Below are positions 12,331 through 24,700 of a stretch of DNA of 64,000 nt, one piece after another. Under the pieces are notes generated by a model. It was given only the letters and a program-made list of their open reading frames with translations. It had not been told where the DNA came from and ran no database searches. The translations under genes were made by a program, and so were the position numbers. Numbering within the stretch: the first letter of the stretch is position 1; each line of letters starts with the position of its first letter. Location: NCBI RefSeq assembly GCF_963921235.1, contig NC_086097.1:200882001-200946000 (forward strand), written 5' to 3'. The DNA is from Mobula hypostoma. Lineage: Eukaryota.

Positions 12331-14289
12331 AGGTGCATTTGCAGTAAGTTTGGGAGGTCAGCAGTGGGAGAACAATAAACTTTGTATAAATTATTAATCA
12401 GAACTACCCACTCACTGCCCTGTCAACCACACCTACTCTGTCAGCATAAGAGTATGCATTTCCCACATTGATCTCATTAGTCACTTCGTGACCTACAAAT
12501 CCAGTGCACAAGTCTTCTTCATACCGGCTAAGGATAGTATTTTATCCTATAAATCCTATCATTGGATATCCATGTGACTAACTCTGAGCCTCTAAAGAGC
12601 TCCATGCATTAAGTACAATCAAAGGTTTTTTTGAAGGCATGCTGCATCAATAAGCATCTAATTTATGGAGCAACTTCATAAAACGTAATTAATTTTAAAA
12701 ATGACTTTTGGATGCTAGACCAAATAAATGAAACAGTACTCCAAATAGCAATGTAATCAGTAGATTATTTAAAATGATTCACTACAGATAAAACTTTTGA
12801 ACAGATGTTTTCCATGCAAGTTCTGAACATTAAGTGTCATTCAGTTTGCTTAAAGAACAGGCTGGGAGGGGTGGAAAAGATCCTAAATTAATTAACTGTA
12901 CATCAGCATAATTGGGACCATCATAATCTTAAACTAGAATGCCTGCAAAGTGAATATATTTTCCATCCTCCTCAACCTTTTTTCTGAAATCTTCTTTTCC
13001 TGTAGAAAATTAAAGATCAAAATCAGAGCAAAATCAACCATGCAAAGTGGTCTTTTATCTTCTAGCTCATCAGTGATGTGATAGAACCACCACATAGCCA
13101 TTGCACATGTTGGAAAAGCTCCTCAGAAATGGGAAAAATAATCTGAAATTTCAGTATCATCCTTTGCATAGTTCATAACTACTTAAGTATCCTGTCACCA
13201 ATCTACTGTAATTGTTTCCTTAATCACATCATAATATAAATTATGCTTTATGAGTTACTTTTAAGCCAATGTTTCAATCAATTAGATTTTTACAGCTAGC
13301 TACTGATTCCTTTTCTGCCTGAATTAAGTCATCATCATGGAAATTAAACACCAAAAGAATATGACATCACCATCTGTATGTGTCTATTTTGTTTTGTTAA
13401 TAATGTTTATGGACACTGTAACAAATTGAGTGTACCTACAGTATCTTGGTTTGGTTTAGTAAATAAGGTGTGTGAGACTCCTTATTGTTTGGTAATATGT
13501 CGCCTTTTCTGTGTTTCTGCTTAAATTTAATGGGATTTTTATTTATTAAAAATCCAGATATTTTAAATGATCCTTATCCATCCTGCCGATTTTGTCAATG
13601 AACTATATACTATCATTATCTCCCATTGAGAGCTGAGCTGAGTATGTATTATCTCAACATTGCAATTTAGTGCCCTCAGTGCAGCTCAGGCACTGTCATT
13701 GATGCCCTGCACCGCTGGACAGCCTGCAGTCCAGGAGAATCCTTGAACTCCATCAGCCTGTTGCCTTCTCCCAAGGCAGAACAAGATGAATTCTCTTTTC
13801 CTGAGCAAACAGCATCCCTGACATCCCTACTGCAGCTGTGAGCTGCAACCAGTGGTATCTTGCTTGCTCCAGTCTGAAACAATCTCTAACCAAATAAATT
13901 GGTGGGGTGGCCAATGTGTCTGTTTCATCCGTTGGCAAAATGTTTCTAGCCACAGGTGAGAGCAATTTGATCCAGCCCACTGGTAATTGAGTGGTCACAG
14001 TTTTCCTTTTGATGCAACCACTCTTGGTAAGCAATTTAATACGCATTCATTACTGGCTCTGGCCTTACTGCAGCTGCAGCATGTGTCATGTCATCATCAG
14101 TACTACTTTAATGAATTACTGAAATATTAATAAGAAGAGGCCATTTGACCCTTTCATATCCATAATGACTCCTAATATAGTGATCCCCTCAGTCTCATTC
14201 AAAGCCCTGCAATTTGTTCTTCCCTCTATACCCATCAACTCCTATTTGACTCTTCTGTCACTTGAGGTGTAATTAACAGAAATAAATGA

Positions 14290-14497
14290 GGAATAAACTA
14301 CAGAAGTCCACACCGTCCACTTGGTGTCATCATTTCAGAGACCAGCACGTAAAAGCCATTACAAAGAAGGCATGGCAGTTTTTCTTCATTTTTCTTCGAG
14401 TTTTGCACAGATTTGGCATTTCATCTAAAACTTTGACAAACATCTATAGATGCACGAGTGAGAGGATCCTGACTGGTTGCATCATGACCTGGTATTG
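14290..14497 (+). mobile_element. Rex1/L2-like LINE fragment
   Basis: AITKKA...FLRVLHRFGISSKTLTNIYRCTSERILTGCIMTWY, the Rex1-type C-terminal RT region. Confidence 0.8.
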
Positions 14498-14793
14498 ATA
14501 CCCCTGTACCCCTCTCACCGGGCTCATATACAAACCTGGCAAAAGTTTAGGGGTAACATGAGGGGGAACTTTTTTACTCAGCGAGTAGTAGCTGTGTGGA
14601 ACGAGCTTCCAGCAGAAGTGGTTGAGGCAGGTTCAATGTTGATGTTTAAAGTTAAATTGGACAGATATATGGACAGGAAGGGAATGGAGGGTCATGGACC
14701 GAGTGCAGGTTGGTGGGACTAGGTGAGAGTAGGAGTTTGGCACGGACTAAAAGGGCCGAGATGGCCTGTTTCCGTGCTGTAGTTGTTATATGG

Positions 14794-14961
14794 CTTTCAA
14801 ATCCCTTACTCACTCTTCCTTCAGTTAGTCCTGACGAAGGGTCTCGGCCTGAAACGTCGACTGCGCCTCTTCCTATAGATGCTGCCTGGCCTGCTGCGTT
14901 CACCAGCAACTTTGATGTGTGTTGCTTGAATTTCCAGCATCTGCAGAATTCCTGTTGTTTG
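14794..14961 (+). mobile_element. Penelope-like element 3'/pLTR fragment
   Basis: Same sequence as the terminal part of the GIY-YIG-bearing copies at 61.7-62.8 kb. Flanked by TGTTATATGG direct repeats (14784-14793 and 14962-14971). Confidence 0.85.
14826..14863 (+). ncRNA. Minimal type I hammerhead ribozyme (intact core)
   Basis: TAGTC-CTGACGA-AGG(gtctcgg)CCT-GAAAC-GTC^GACTG. It has the CUGANGA and GAAA boxes, helix I AGUC/GACU, helix II, palindromic ACGU in place of helix III, and a GUC cleavage triplet ending at 14858. Confidence 0.85.
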
Positions 14962-15619
14962 TGTTATATGGTTATATGGATAGGTTAACAGCCATGTGAC
15001 ACTGCAGTGAGAAGGTCACCTTTCATAAGCAATATACATCCAGGGTCAGAATCATCTGGGTTCAATCGAGCAGGAAAACTGGAATGTTCTGATTAAGGAA
15101 TTTTGATTGTAGTGAATGCTGTGTAAATACTATCCCATACACAGTTATCCTTTGCCAGGAAATAACAGATCGTGCACTGGCAAAAAATTACAAAGAAAGT
15201 ATGTTTATCAAATTTTCAACTTTAACAAACAGCTACAGAAAATTAAAGGGCTGATTCCAGTTAAACCAACCCAATGTGCGCAGAAACATTGAAGATCATT
15301 TATTAAGTAGTCGGGTGCATCACTTTACTCACGCGCTGAACCCATGTTCTGCATGAAAGACTCCAGGCACAGATTGAATTCCGTCGAAGACCATCTCGAA
15401 CTAACAGGCTCCCTCAGGAATATTGGCACTTCCTACTTGGAGCCATTCAACATGTACCAAGACGATCCTGATTGGCTGACAAAACATTTCTGAGTTGAAC
15501 AACATGGCTCCTTATCTTTAGCCAAAGCCAAACCACTCTTACCAGAACAGCACACTGCTTTTGCAGAAAATAAAAGTACTTCACAGGATAACAGAAGAAA
15601 TCATAACTATGGCAATACA

Positions 15620-16165
15620 CACCAATGTGCAAGAACAGAAAAAGGTGGTGGATACAGCCCATTTCATCACAGGAAAAGCCCTCTCCACCATTGAGCACAT
15701 CTACAAAGAACACCGCCCACAAGAAAGAAACATCCCTCCTCAAGAGCCCCCGCCATCCAGGCCATATTCTTTTCTCGCTGCTGCCATCAGGAAGGAGGTT
15801 CCCACATCACCAGGTTCAGAACAGTTATTACCTTTCAACCATCAAGCACCCGAGCTAGCAAGAAGAAATGCACTCACCTCAACTTTGAAATAATTCCACA
15901 ACATATGGACTCACTTTCAAAGATTCTAAAACTCATTTTCTCAGTATTATTTATTTACTTACTTATGTATTTTTATTGTTTCTTTTTGTGTTTGCACAGT
16001 TTGTCTTCTTTTGTACGTTGGTTGTTTGCCGGTTTTTGTGTTAGCTTTACTTTGATTCTATTGTATTTATTTGTTCTGCTGTGAATGCCTGCAAAAAAGC
16101 TGAATCTCAAGCTAGAATCTAGTGAGGTGTACTTGCTGTGATAATATATCTACTGTACTTTGAAT
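15620..16165 (+). mobile_element. Rex1/L2-like LINE 3' end
   Basis: QKKVVDTAHFITGKALSTIEHIY and HPGHILFSLLPSGRR motifs, then a T-rich 3' UTR. Confidence 0.8.
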
Positions 16166-16224
16166 TTGTTCATAAAAGAACATGCTGTCATGGTATAGTA
16201 TGGCATGGTATGTGTAGTATACAT

Positions 16225-16880
16225 AAACTTGAGATCCCAGGTATACTAGCAGATTAGATCCAAAATTAGCACGGTGATAAGAGGCAGAGGGTAGTGGTGG
16301 AGAGATGTTTTTCCAGCTGATAGTCTATAACCAGTGGTGGCCTGCAGGGGTCACTGCTAAGACCTTAGTTGTTTGCTATATACATATACATATATATATA
16401 TTTATTTGTGTGTAAGTGGACTGATGATGAAAATGCTGTTGATGACATGTAATTTGGTGAAGTCATAGACAGCAAAGAAGGTTGCCTAAGGATATACTAG
16501 GACAGAGATCAGCTGGAAAGTTGATGGCCAATGGAATTTAATCCAGACAAATGTGATGTAATATATTTTGGGAAATTGAATGCTAACAGTACGTATACAG
16601 TAAATAGCAGGAACGGTGTGGGGACTGAGTCCATACTTCCGTTAAGTAGACAAGGCTGTGAAGAAGGTAAGCTTGCCTGCATAGGCTGAGGTATTGAGTA
16701 TAGGTGTTGGGGTGTCAAGTTGCAGCCGTACAAAGATTGGTTAAAATGCACTTTAAGTGTTGTTTACAGATTTGGTCACTACACTACAGGAAGGCTGTGG
16801 TAGGCAGAGTCCACAGAGATTCACCAAGATGTCGTCTGGAGTAGAGGGCTTCACTTATAAGAAGAGATTGTGCAGTTTAG
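16225..16880 (+). mobile_element. Degenerate CR1-like RT fragment (likely resumes ~17597-17960)
   Basis: Decayed RQRVVV, SG..QG and WQMEFNPDKC-like motifs. A CR1 3' part reappears after the Rex1 insertion. Confidence 0.7.
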
Positions 16881-16894
16881 GAAGTGTTAGATGA

Positions 16895-17596
16895 GGGAAC
16901 ACACAGCTGTCCTCATAAACGGATCAGAAATGGAAAGAGTTAGCAATTTCAAGTTCCTGAGTGTTTAATATCTTTGAAGATCTATCCTGGCCCCAACATA
17001 TTGATGCAGCAACAAAGAAAGCACAACAGCATCTATATTTCATTAGGACTTTGGGGAGATTTGGTATGTCTGCAAACACAACTCACAAATTTCTATAGCT
17101 GTACCATGGACAACATTCTAACTGGCGGCATCACCATCTGGTATGGGTGGGTGGGGGTGGTGGTGTGTGGTGCTACTACATGAGACCGAAATGAGCTGCA
17201 GAAAGTCGTAAACTTTGTCAGCTCTTCTGTAGTAACCAGGGCACCTTCAAGGAGCAATGCCTCAAATAGGCAGCATCCGTCATTAAGGACCTTCATCACC
17301 CAGGTCTTGCCTTGTTCTCAATGCTACCATCAGGAAGGAGGTACAGAAGCCTAGAGGTACACACTCAGCAGTTCAGGAACAGCTTCTTCCCTTCTGCCAT
17401 TCAATTTCTGAATGGATATTGAGCCCTATCTCACTACGTTTTTATTTGTATTTTTGCACAACTTATTTAATTTTACTAATTTAATGAAATTTTACTGTAA
17501 TTCACTTTTTTTCTATTTTTTTTTGTATTGTACTGCTGCCACAAAGAGAACAAATTTCACGACATGTACCAGTGATATCAAGTTTGATCTGATTCT
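16895..17596 (+). mobile_element. Rex1/L2-like LINE 3' portion nested in CR1
   Basis: ERVSNFKFL, LTNFYSCTMDNILTGGITIWYG and NSFFPSAI motifs, with a tail ending ...TCTGATTCTGA. Confidence 0.8.
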
Positions 17597-17659
17597 GAGA
17601 TTGCATAGGCTGGATTTATGCACACTAGAAGGTAGGAGGCCGAGGAGTGACGTTATTTA

Positions 17660-17739
17660 GCGGGGATCCCCAAACTTTTTAATGCCATAGACACCTACCA
17701 TTAACTGAGGTGTCCGTGGACCCAGGTTGGAAACCTCTA
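17660..17739. mobile_element. Tiny (~80 bp) hAT-like MITE
   Basis: Ends resemble (C/T)AGGGGTTCCCAAC inverted repeats. A second copy lies in the opposite orientation at 57550-57818. Confidence 0.55.
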
Positions 17740-17964
17740 TTATAGAGCTTCATAAAATTTTGAGCGATAAAATAGATTTTTTAGCTGAAAATAGATAGGA
17801 AATATGGTTGGTGTTCTCTCCCCAGGGCAGGGGAGACTAGAATTAGGCAGCACAGGTTTTAGGAGAGGGGTGAGAAATTTAAAGGAGTTCTGTGGGTCAT
17901 GTTTCTCACATAGTACGTGGTGGTTTCTGGAACGAGCTGCCAGAGTGATGATAGAAGCAGCATA

Positions 17965-18550
17965 GTTCTGCCATGATTATACTCGCACTGGTGACCCACA
18001 AGGGCTGTACCCTCAGCCCCCTACTTCACTTCCCATACACTCACTACAGTGTGGCCAAATTCTGTTCTACCTCCATCTACCAGTCTGCAGATGACACCTC
18101 CGGGGTGGGTTAGATCTCAAATAATGAAGAGGCGGAGCACAGGAAGGAGATAGGGAGCCCTGTGACACGGGGTCAAGTCTTCAACCTTTCCCTCAGTGTC
18201 GGGAGAACAAAAGAGCTGGTCATTGTTTTCAGGAGTGGGAGGAAGTAGCTGCTCATCAGTGGTGCTGAGGTGGAGAAGATTGAGCAACCTAAACAAGAGT
18301 AATAGCTTTTCCTGGTCCGACCATTAGATGTTACTGCCAAGGAAGCTCACAGTGGTTTCCACTTCCTGAGAAGGCTACCAAAATTTGACATTTCCCCATT
18401 GACCCATACCAATTTTTATAGATGCACCATTGGAAGCGTCCTATCTGGATATATCACTGCTGTACCAAAGACCACAAGAAATTGGAGATGGTTGTGGGCA
18501 CAGTTCAGTCCATCACAAAAGCCAGCCTCCCCTTGCTGGACTCTGTTAAC
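17965..18550 (+). mobile_element. Rex1/L2-like RT fragment
   Basis: PQGCTLSPLL, ADDT and TKELVIVFR motifs. Confidence 0.8.
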
Positions 18551-18859
18551 ACGGACATGATGACAGGAAGTAATGGCCTGTAGCAGCAAAGCTGTGGGTA
18601 CAAATATCATAGCCATTATTTCTGAATACAGCATAGCTATTGTTTACATATATCGATAGAGCGCTCATAAAACCTTGCAGCTAAGCACCCTTTTGGAAGA
18701 TCTGTTGGCAATCACTGTATCATCAGGCGCAGGAATAGTAATCGGTTCAATACTAGAACCTTTAAAATGTTATCTCTTTCAAGAAAGACATAGAAGCAAG
18801 TTGGAAGAAAGTCTCATGTTTTCCCATTGTATAAATTATAAAGTAAATTATGCACCATA

Positions 18860-19688
18860 TACAGCCAATGACACCACTGCCCTTGGCAGAACCACAGGTG
18901 CCAATAAGGGGGCTTGCAGGAGTGAGCTAAATTAGCTGGTTGAGTGGTACCATACCGACAACCTTGCACTCAACATCAGCAAAACTAAGGAATTGATTGT
19001 GGGCTTCAGGAAGGGAAAGTCAGGAGAACATGAACCCGTTTTCATTGAGGAGTCAACAGCATCAATCTCCTGGGTGTCAATATCTCAGAGATCTATGCTG
19101 GGTCCAATGTATTGATGCAATCACAAAGAAGGCATACCAGTGGCTTTACACTAATAGAAGTTAGAGGAAATTTGATATATTCCCAAAGACTGCAAATCTC
19201 GATGGATGTACTGTGGAGAGCATTCTCACTGGATGCATTACCATCCAGTATAGAAGCTCCAATGCACATGATTGAAAGAGGCTGCAGAGGATTGTAGACA
19301 CAGCCCACTTCATCACGGTCACAAGCCTCCCCACCATTGAGGACATTTTCAAAAGGCCGTGCATCAAGGAAGTGTCATCCATCACTAAGGACCCTCACCA
19401 TCCAGAATATGCCATCTTCCTATTATTACCATCAGGGAGGTGGTACAGTTATCTGAAGATGCACACTCATCTCTTTTGGAACAGTTTCTTCCCCACTGCC
19501 ATCCGATTTCTGAATGGTCTTTGAACCCATGAACACTATCTCAGTATTCCTCTCTTGCACTCTTTCTTCTTATTATTTTTATTGTAACTTACAGTAATGT
19601 TTAGGTCTTGCACTGCACTGCTACCACAAAAACAACAAACTTCATGACATATGCCAGTGATAATAAGCCCAATTCTGATTCTGATTCA
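18860..19688 (+). mobile_element. Rex1/L2-like LINE 3' half
   Basis: NLALNISKTKELIVGFRK, VESILTGCIT and NSFFPTAIRFLN motifs, with an (ATTCTG)n tail. Confidence 0.85.
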
Positions 19689-20067
19689 TTGTATTTAGGT
19701 ACTGTCAATGCTTCAGTTACTTGTAGTTTCACTTTCATTTAAAATCATTTAATTCTCCTCATGTTCTCATTTGCCTACTTTAACTGATTTAGTAACATTT
19801 CCAAACTGCATGTGGACCACGAGAAGGACCCAATAACATCTGTCTACTCAAGTTTTCTCAAATTAAACAATTCCTTCAAATGGAATGTAGCAGTAATAAT
19901 ATAACTTCTCAGAATGCCATTGATGGAAAACAAAATCCAGGAGAAATGAAACCACATGTGTAATTTTCTAGGAAGATTTTGATGGAAGCCTTCAAAAAGC
20001 CCTGAAAAGATTAAGGTATTTTGTTTCTGGAAAGCAAATTTTTAGCACTTTTAGAAAGCAAATAACT

Positions 20068-20165
20068 CTTGATATAGGGTCTTGGACCAAAACGTCAACT
20101 GTTTAGTCCCTTCCATAGATGCTACCTGACTTGCTGAGTTACTCCAGCATTTTGAGTGCATTGAT
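20068..20165 (+). mobile_element. Old PLE terminal fragment with decayed hammerhead
   Basis: TTGATATAGGGTCTTGGACCAAAACGTCAACTG...CTGCTGAGTT-like; both core boxes are mutated. Confidence 0.7.
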
Positions 20166-21240
20166 TTAATATGCATTTGCAGTTTTGATGATAATTAATA
20201 TTAACTTTAATTAATATTAATTTTGATGTTATCCTTATGTTTGTGTTTATACTCTTCCTTAACCAAATTCACTCCTTTAATTTCTCTCAGCCCCATCTCC
20301 CTCCGAGGTATCTGCAATGCCAGCTTCTTGACTGTGAGAGAATCAAGAATTGTGATTGTCATAGAGCATGGATACAAATGCCTCAGCCTAACTTGTCCAT
20401 GCTAACCAAGTTGTCTACCGGAATTAGTCCCATCTGCCAGCACTTAGTCCGTATTCTTCTAAGCCTTTGACTATCCCCATACTTGATCATTTCACTATTA
20501 GTTGTACTCTCTACTGCTATCAAGTCCTCAGCTCTGGAATTCTCTCCCTACGCTTCTCCAGCACTCTTTATCTTTTATACTTTAAGATGCTCTTCGACTA
20601 TGTCTGTCCATGTCAAATTTTGACCCACAACATGGTACTTATTAAATTACATTACAAATACAAGTTGCTGTTGCATATTCTGCATTTTAAAATGAATATA
20701 CTGGTGCACATTTTCTTAACAAAACAGCAAGTAAGATTACAGAGCTCAGAAAATTGGAATGCTTTCGTAGGTGTGTAGTGAATAGAGAAGATGGTGCTAC
20801 TTTGTTTGATGTTTTTACAGTTTGAGCACAGCAAGATAATATTTAAAACACTTGGCAAAAGCTATGTCCCTCAGAATAAACAATTGAAGATAACTGCCAT
20901 TAAAGTGTGTTATCTCATTTAATGTCTCCCGCTGTGCTATATTTCAGACAAAATCAATCAGTTATGAGCAACACGTGATTGATAAAAGAACAATAAATTG
21001 AATCTGTTTCTAAACGAAATGATTCAGAGAAGCATTTTGTTGGGAAAAAATATGCACTCACTGTTAAAAAGCGAGTAATTATACAATTGCATTCCAAGTC
21101 ATTTGCGGAAAGGATGAGTAAGATGGATGAAAGGAAGTCAACCCTTGGACCAATATCAGAGCCCTTCCTCAACAATGCAGGTAAATTTCCATCAGCCACA
21201 CTCAGAAATTAATGGGGGTGATTTTGGGGACCACACCTAC

Positions 21241-21362
21241 TTGTAAGTATTTTCCATGTCTTCTTTTCTTCATCATAATACTGAACGAGGTTGCTTGGAA
21301 GTCGATCTGGACCAGGAGGCAATCCACCAACCAATAACAGGAGTTTCTTACTGGAGCGAATT
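21241..21362 (-). CDS. KLHL14: KLHL14 second coding exon (122 nt, start of kelch repeat 1)
   Basis: Flanked by ttttccag| and |gtaggt. Spliced to the phase-2 end of the previous exon it reads R-IRSSKKLLLLVGGLPPGPDRLPSNLVQYYDEEKKTWKILT, the expected KLHL14 continuation. Confidence 0.96.
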
Positions 21363-21689
21363 CTGGAAAAAAGTATTCAAAGAAAATTGAGAGTTTCATT
21401 ATGCAAAATGAGTATGTCCCATGATATGAGTGTTGGAATAGATTCTGTCAAATCGTTATTTCCTTACTAAAAGTCTCGGTCTGGTTTAGAATTGCTACGT
21501 ATATAATTTGGAAGTGGATCACAGGGTTTTTGAAGTATCTGTCCTATAAAATTTTAAAACTGTGAACAAATATCCAATGTATTTTTTTTCTCTGGTGTTT
21601 TTTGTTGTAATTCTTAATTTTGACAATGAATAATGTAACGTCATCAACTGTGGGGTTTCGGAGTTGAATGCATCTTATTTCCAAATAAT

Positions 21690-21693
<4 letters not shown>

Positions 21694-21732
<39 letters not shown>
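21694..21732 (+). repeat. (CA)n microsatellite, about 19 units
   Basis: Read directly from the sequence. Confidence 0.98.
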
Positions 21733-21735
<3 letters not shown>

Positions 21736-24700
21736 CAGGGAGAGGTCACTGTACACTTCAGGAGCAGAAATCCTAGATTGACCTCTAAATGTTATTGGTG
21801 CTAATTGTACCTCTGCCATCGTAGGATGTTAACACAGCACAGACCAGGGCCATCTGTTCTGTTTAGGCCAACGAACCAGAATGTTCACGAGATAAGCCAT
21901 CAGGGATTGTCAAAATCATATTCTTAAATTTTTTCATTAAATGGACACGCTTAATGCTAAATTTCCAAATAAATTTTCACAAATAGCAAAACCACTCGAG
22001 GTACAATTTTTCCATCTACCTTGCATTGATTTTGGCTTTTATAATGCTGGCAAACTTGTTTGTTATCCAAAAGATCCAAGTACAATAGTAAACCAATCTC
22101 AGATTCAGGAGAGTTATGTCAGTCCCATTGGATAATATTGTCATTAATCGATGCCATTTGTCTCCAGTCACCATGAGAATGCCAGCAAGAATGTGTAAAA
22201 CAGGAGCAACAAGTGGCAATGCATCCCCTGGAGCTTATTCTTCCATTTTGTGAAATCATGGTTAATTTAGCTTTTGACCTCAGCTCCATTTCATTGTCTT
22301 CATGTTCTCCAATGACGCTTCTGCAATTCACAAATCAGCCTGAATACTAGGTGTATTCAATGACTTAGATCAACCCTTTATCTTAACCATCTGGACGTAT
22401 CTATCCTGTCAAGCCCTTGAACCTGGGGGCACTCTGCTCAACTTGTCCTCACAAGACATACTCCTCATCCCAGGAACCAGTTAAATGAACCTTTGCTGAA
22501 GAAGTTATCTCATTTGCACATGTATTAAATTCAACCCATGGAAGAATTCAAATTATTGAATTTGTTTCTTCATAAAAGTATCCATGTACCTCATTGCCTG
22601 TAAATGGCAACACCACAGAATGAATTCCACAGATTTAGACTGAACCAGATTTGAACCTCAGTTAGTACTGATTTGGTCTGGATGTAGAACACTATCAAGC
22701 TGACTCTATGTACTCCGAAGCCTCTAGCAATGTACTACGCAGGCCCTGCACCTAAAATGCCCCAATAGTCTCTGACAGCAGGCAAAACTGAGCTCACAGC
22801 TTTGCCTCCTGTCAGTCAGACAAGCTTTTCAATGTCTCTAATATTCAAATATATTTGAAAGTTATCACAATGGATACATTATAATAATGAGAGAAATTCT
22901 GAGAAATTCCAACAAGACATTGCTCCATTGTTAGATTTCACATGTTTGGAATTTCTTTGTGACAAATTAGCTGAATGTTGGTCATTCTCTTCAAAGGCAA
23001 TGACCAGAACCAAAAATGGTTTTCTTCCTCCGCTATAAAACATGATTAATTTCTAACTTTTTCTCATTGCAATGAAATATATTGCCTGACCTATCACCAT
23101 CGGCTCTGATTTTATTTCAGATTCCCAGGACCTACAGCTTGCTCTTAACTTGTGCATTTCCTAATGCTTAGAGAGTGAAGGGCAAAGACCAGGTATGTGA
23201 AAGGGAAAGGTACAATGAAATCCACTCTGAGTATGAAGTTACAATCTGAAGCATTTTTCAAAATGGAAATATTATTAACTCTTGAGGTAACTAATCAAAA
23301 TCACTGTCATCTGCTTAACTATATAATAACGCAAGAGAGAGCCATCAGTTTTACAAAGATTTAAAACATATTGTATGCAGAGCAGAAAGACAGAACTTTT
23401 GAAACTTTTGTGGCTCGTTTTATGTGTCTAAAGCTTGTGCGAACTTACATCACCTAAAAGTGAGTGGTAAGGCTGCAGGTGATGATATAGACAAAGACAA
23501 GTAATGTCCAAAAGGGTTGGCTGAAATTGTTCATGGGGGGGGGGAGGGGTTATTTGCCTGAGTAAGGGTATAATTATGATAAGACTGGTTTACTTTGGAA
23601 GCACCTGCTAGATCTTACTTTCATTGCAAAGGGGAAAAATTGAATGCCTGAATTCAAAGTGGCAAAGTATCATCAAACTTTGTTGCCCGGACAACAATGC
23701 CGTTAGATTCTGTAGGCTGATTCCTCTTCAGGTGTATCATGAAGAAAACCTTAGACTCTGAAGGGTATTCATAAGTGCTCTCTCTCCTTCTGAAATGGAT
23801 ATCTAACCAGAAGCTACAAGTGGTTATTGTAATATCTGAGACTGTATTTTACTTGAATAGGACTGATAAGATCTCTGTATCAGCTGGCACAGATTCAAAG
23901 GTCTGACTGGTCTCAATCTATATTATAAGGAGATATGAAATATAAAATTATAACCCAGCTGACCTACCATCATTAGTAAGAAAAATAGTGGGATCTATTA
24001 AAGATGTGGAAACACAGTACTGAATTTAGAAAATAAGCACAGAATTGGATGTCAGCATGGACTTATGAAAAGAAACACAAGAGACTACAGATGCAGTAAT
24101 TGGATGCAAAGTATAAAATGCTGGATCAACTCAGCAAATCACGTCCTGATGCAGGGTCTCAACCTGAATGGGCAACCACCACTTTCCCTCCACAGATGCT
24201 TAACTTTCTGTGTTTTTCTTGCAGTTCGTTTTTTGTTTCATGAAAGGAAAATTATGTCTGGCAAATTCCGTAACACTTTCTAAGTTTGTAACTAGCAGGA
24301 TAAGTAAGAAGGAACCAGAGATAGGAATGAACAACCAGAAATAAATGAGTTATTAGGGGGTACCATAGGCAACAGTGTTAGGGTTCCAGCATTTTGAAGC
24401 CTAAAAAGAGACAATGCAAACTAATTCTAAATTTCCTTCATTTTATAAGAATCTGAGGTGAACTCATTGTATCTACAGAACTTTTACATAGCTTGACAAG
24501 TAGATCCATAGCTTTGTTTAAAAAAATGAGTCACAGTAAGATACATAAGATCTGCCTTACAGGATTGAGATGACAAGAAATTTCTTCATCCAAATGGTAA
24601 TGAACCTTTGGTATTCTCTGTCCAAGACAACTGTGGAAGTTCAATCACAAAAATATATGCAATACAGAGATTGATTTCCAGATATTAATGGAGTCAAGGT

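Larger units (their letters stand above)
14535..14980 (+). mobile_element. Young CR1-like LINE 3' end with (GTTATATG)n tail, interrupted by a PLE fragment
   Basis: RGNFFTQRVVAVWNELPAEVVEAGSMLMFKVKLDRYM is a CR1 ORF2 C-terminus. A close sister copy lies at 50608-50820. Confidence 0.9.

Noticed and set aside
15275..15590. Possible solo LTR (TG...CA, polyA signal and CCAAT on the minus strand)
   Set aside because: No matching TSD or second copy found, so the boundaries cannot be supported.
1..21240. Further KLHL14 kelch exons (next expected to begin roughly MPYNSAHHCVVEV)
   Set aside because: Not found by eye; probably beyond the window start, although a missed small exon cannot be excluded.
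21202..21399. 65-aa ORF in the track
   Set aside because: Wrong frame over the true 122-nt KLHL14 exon.
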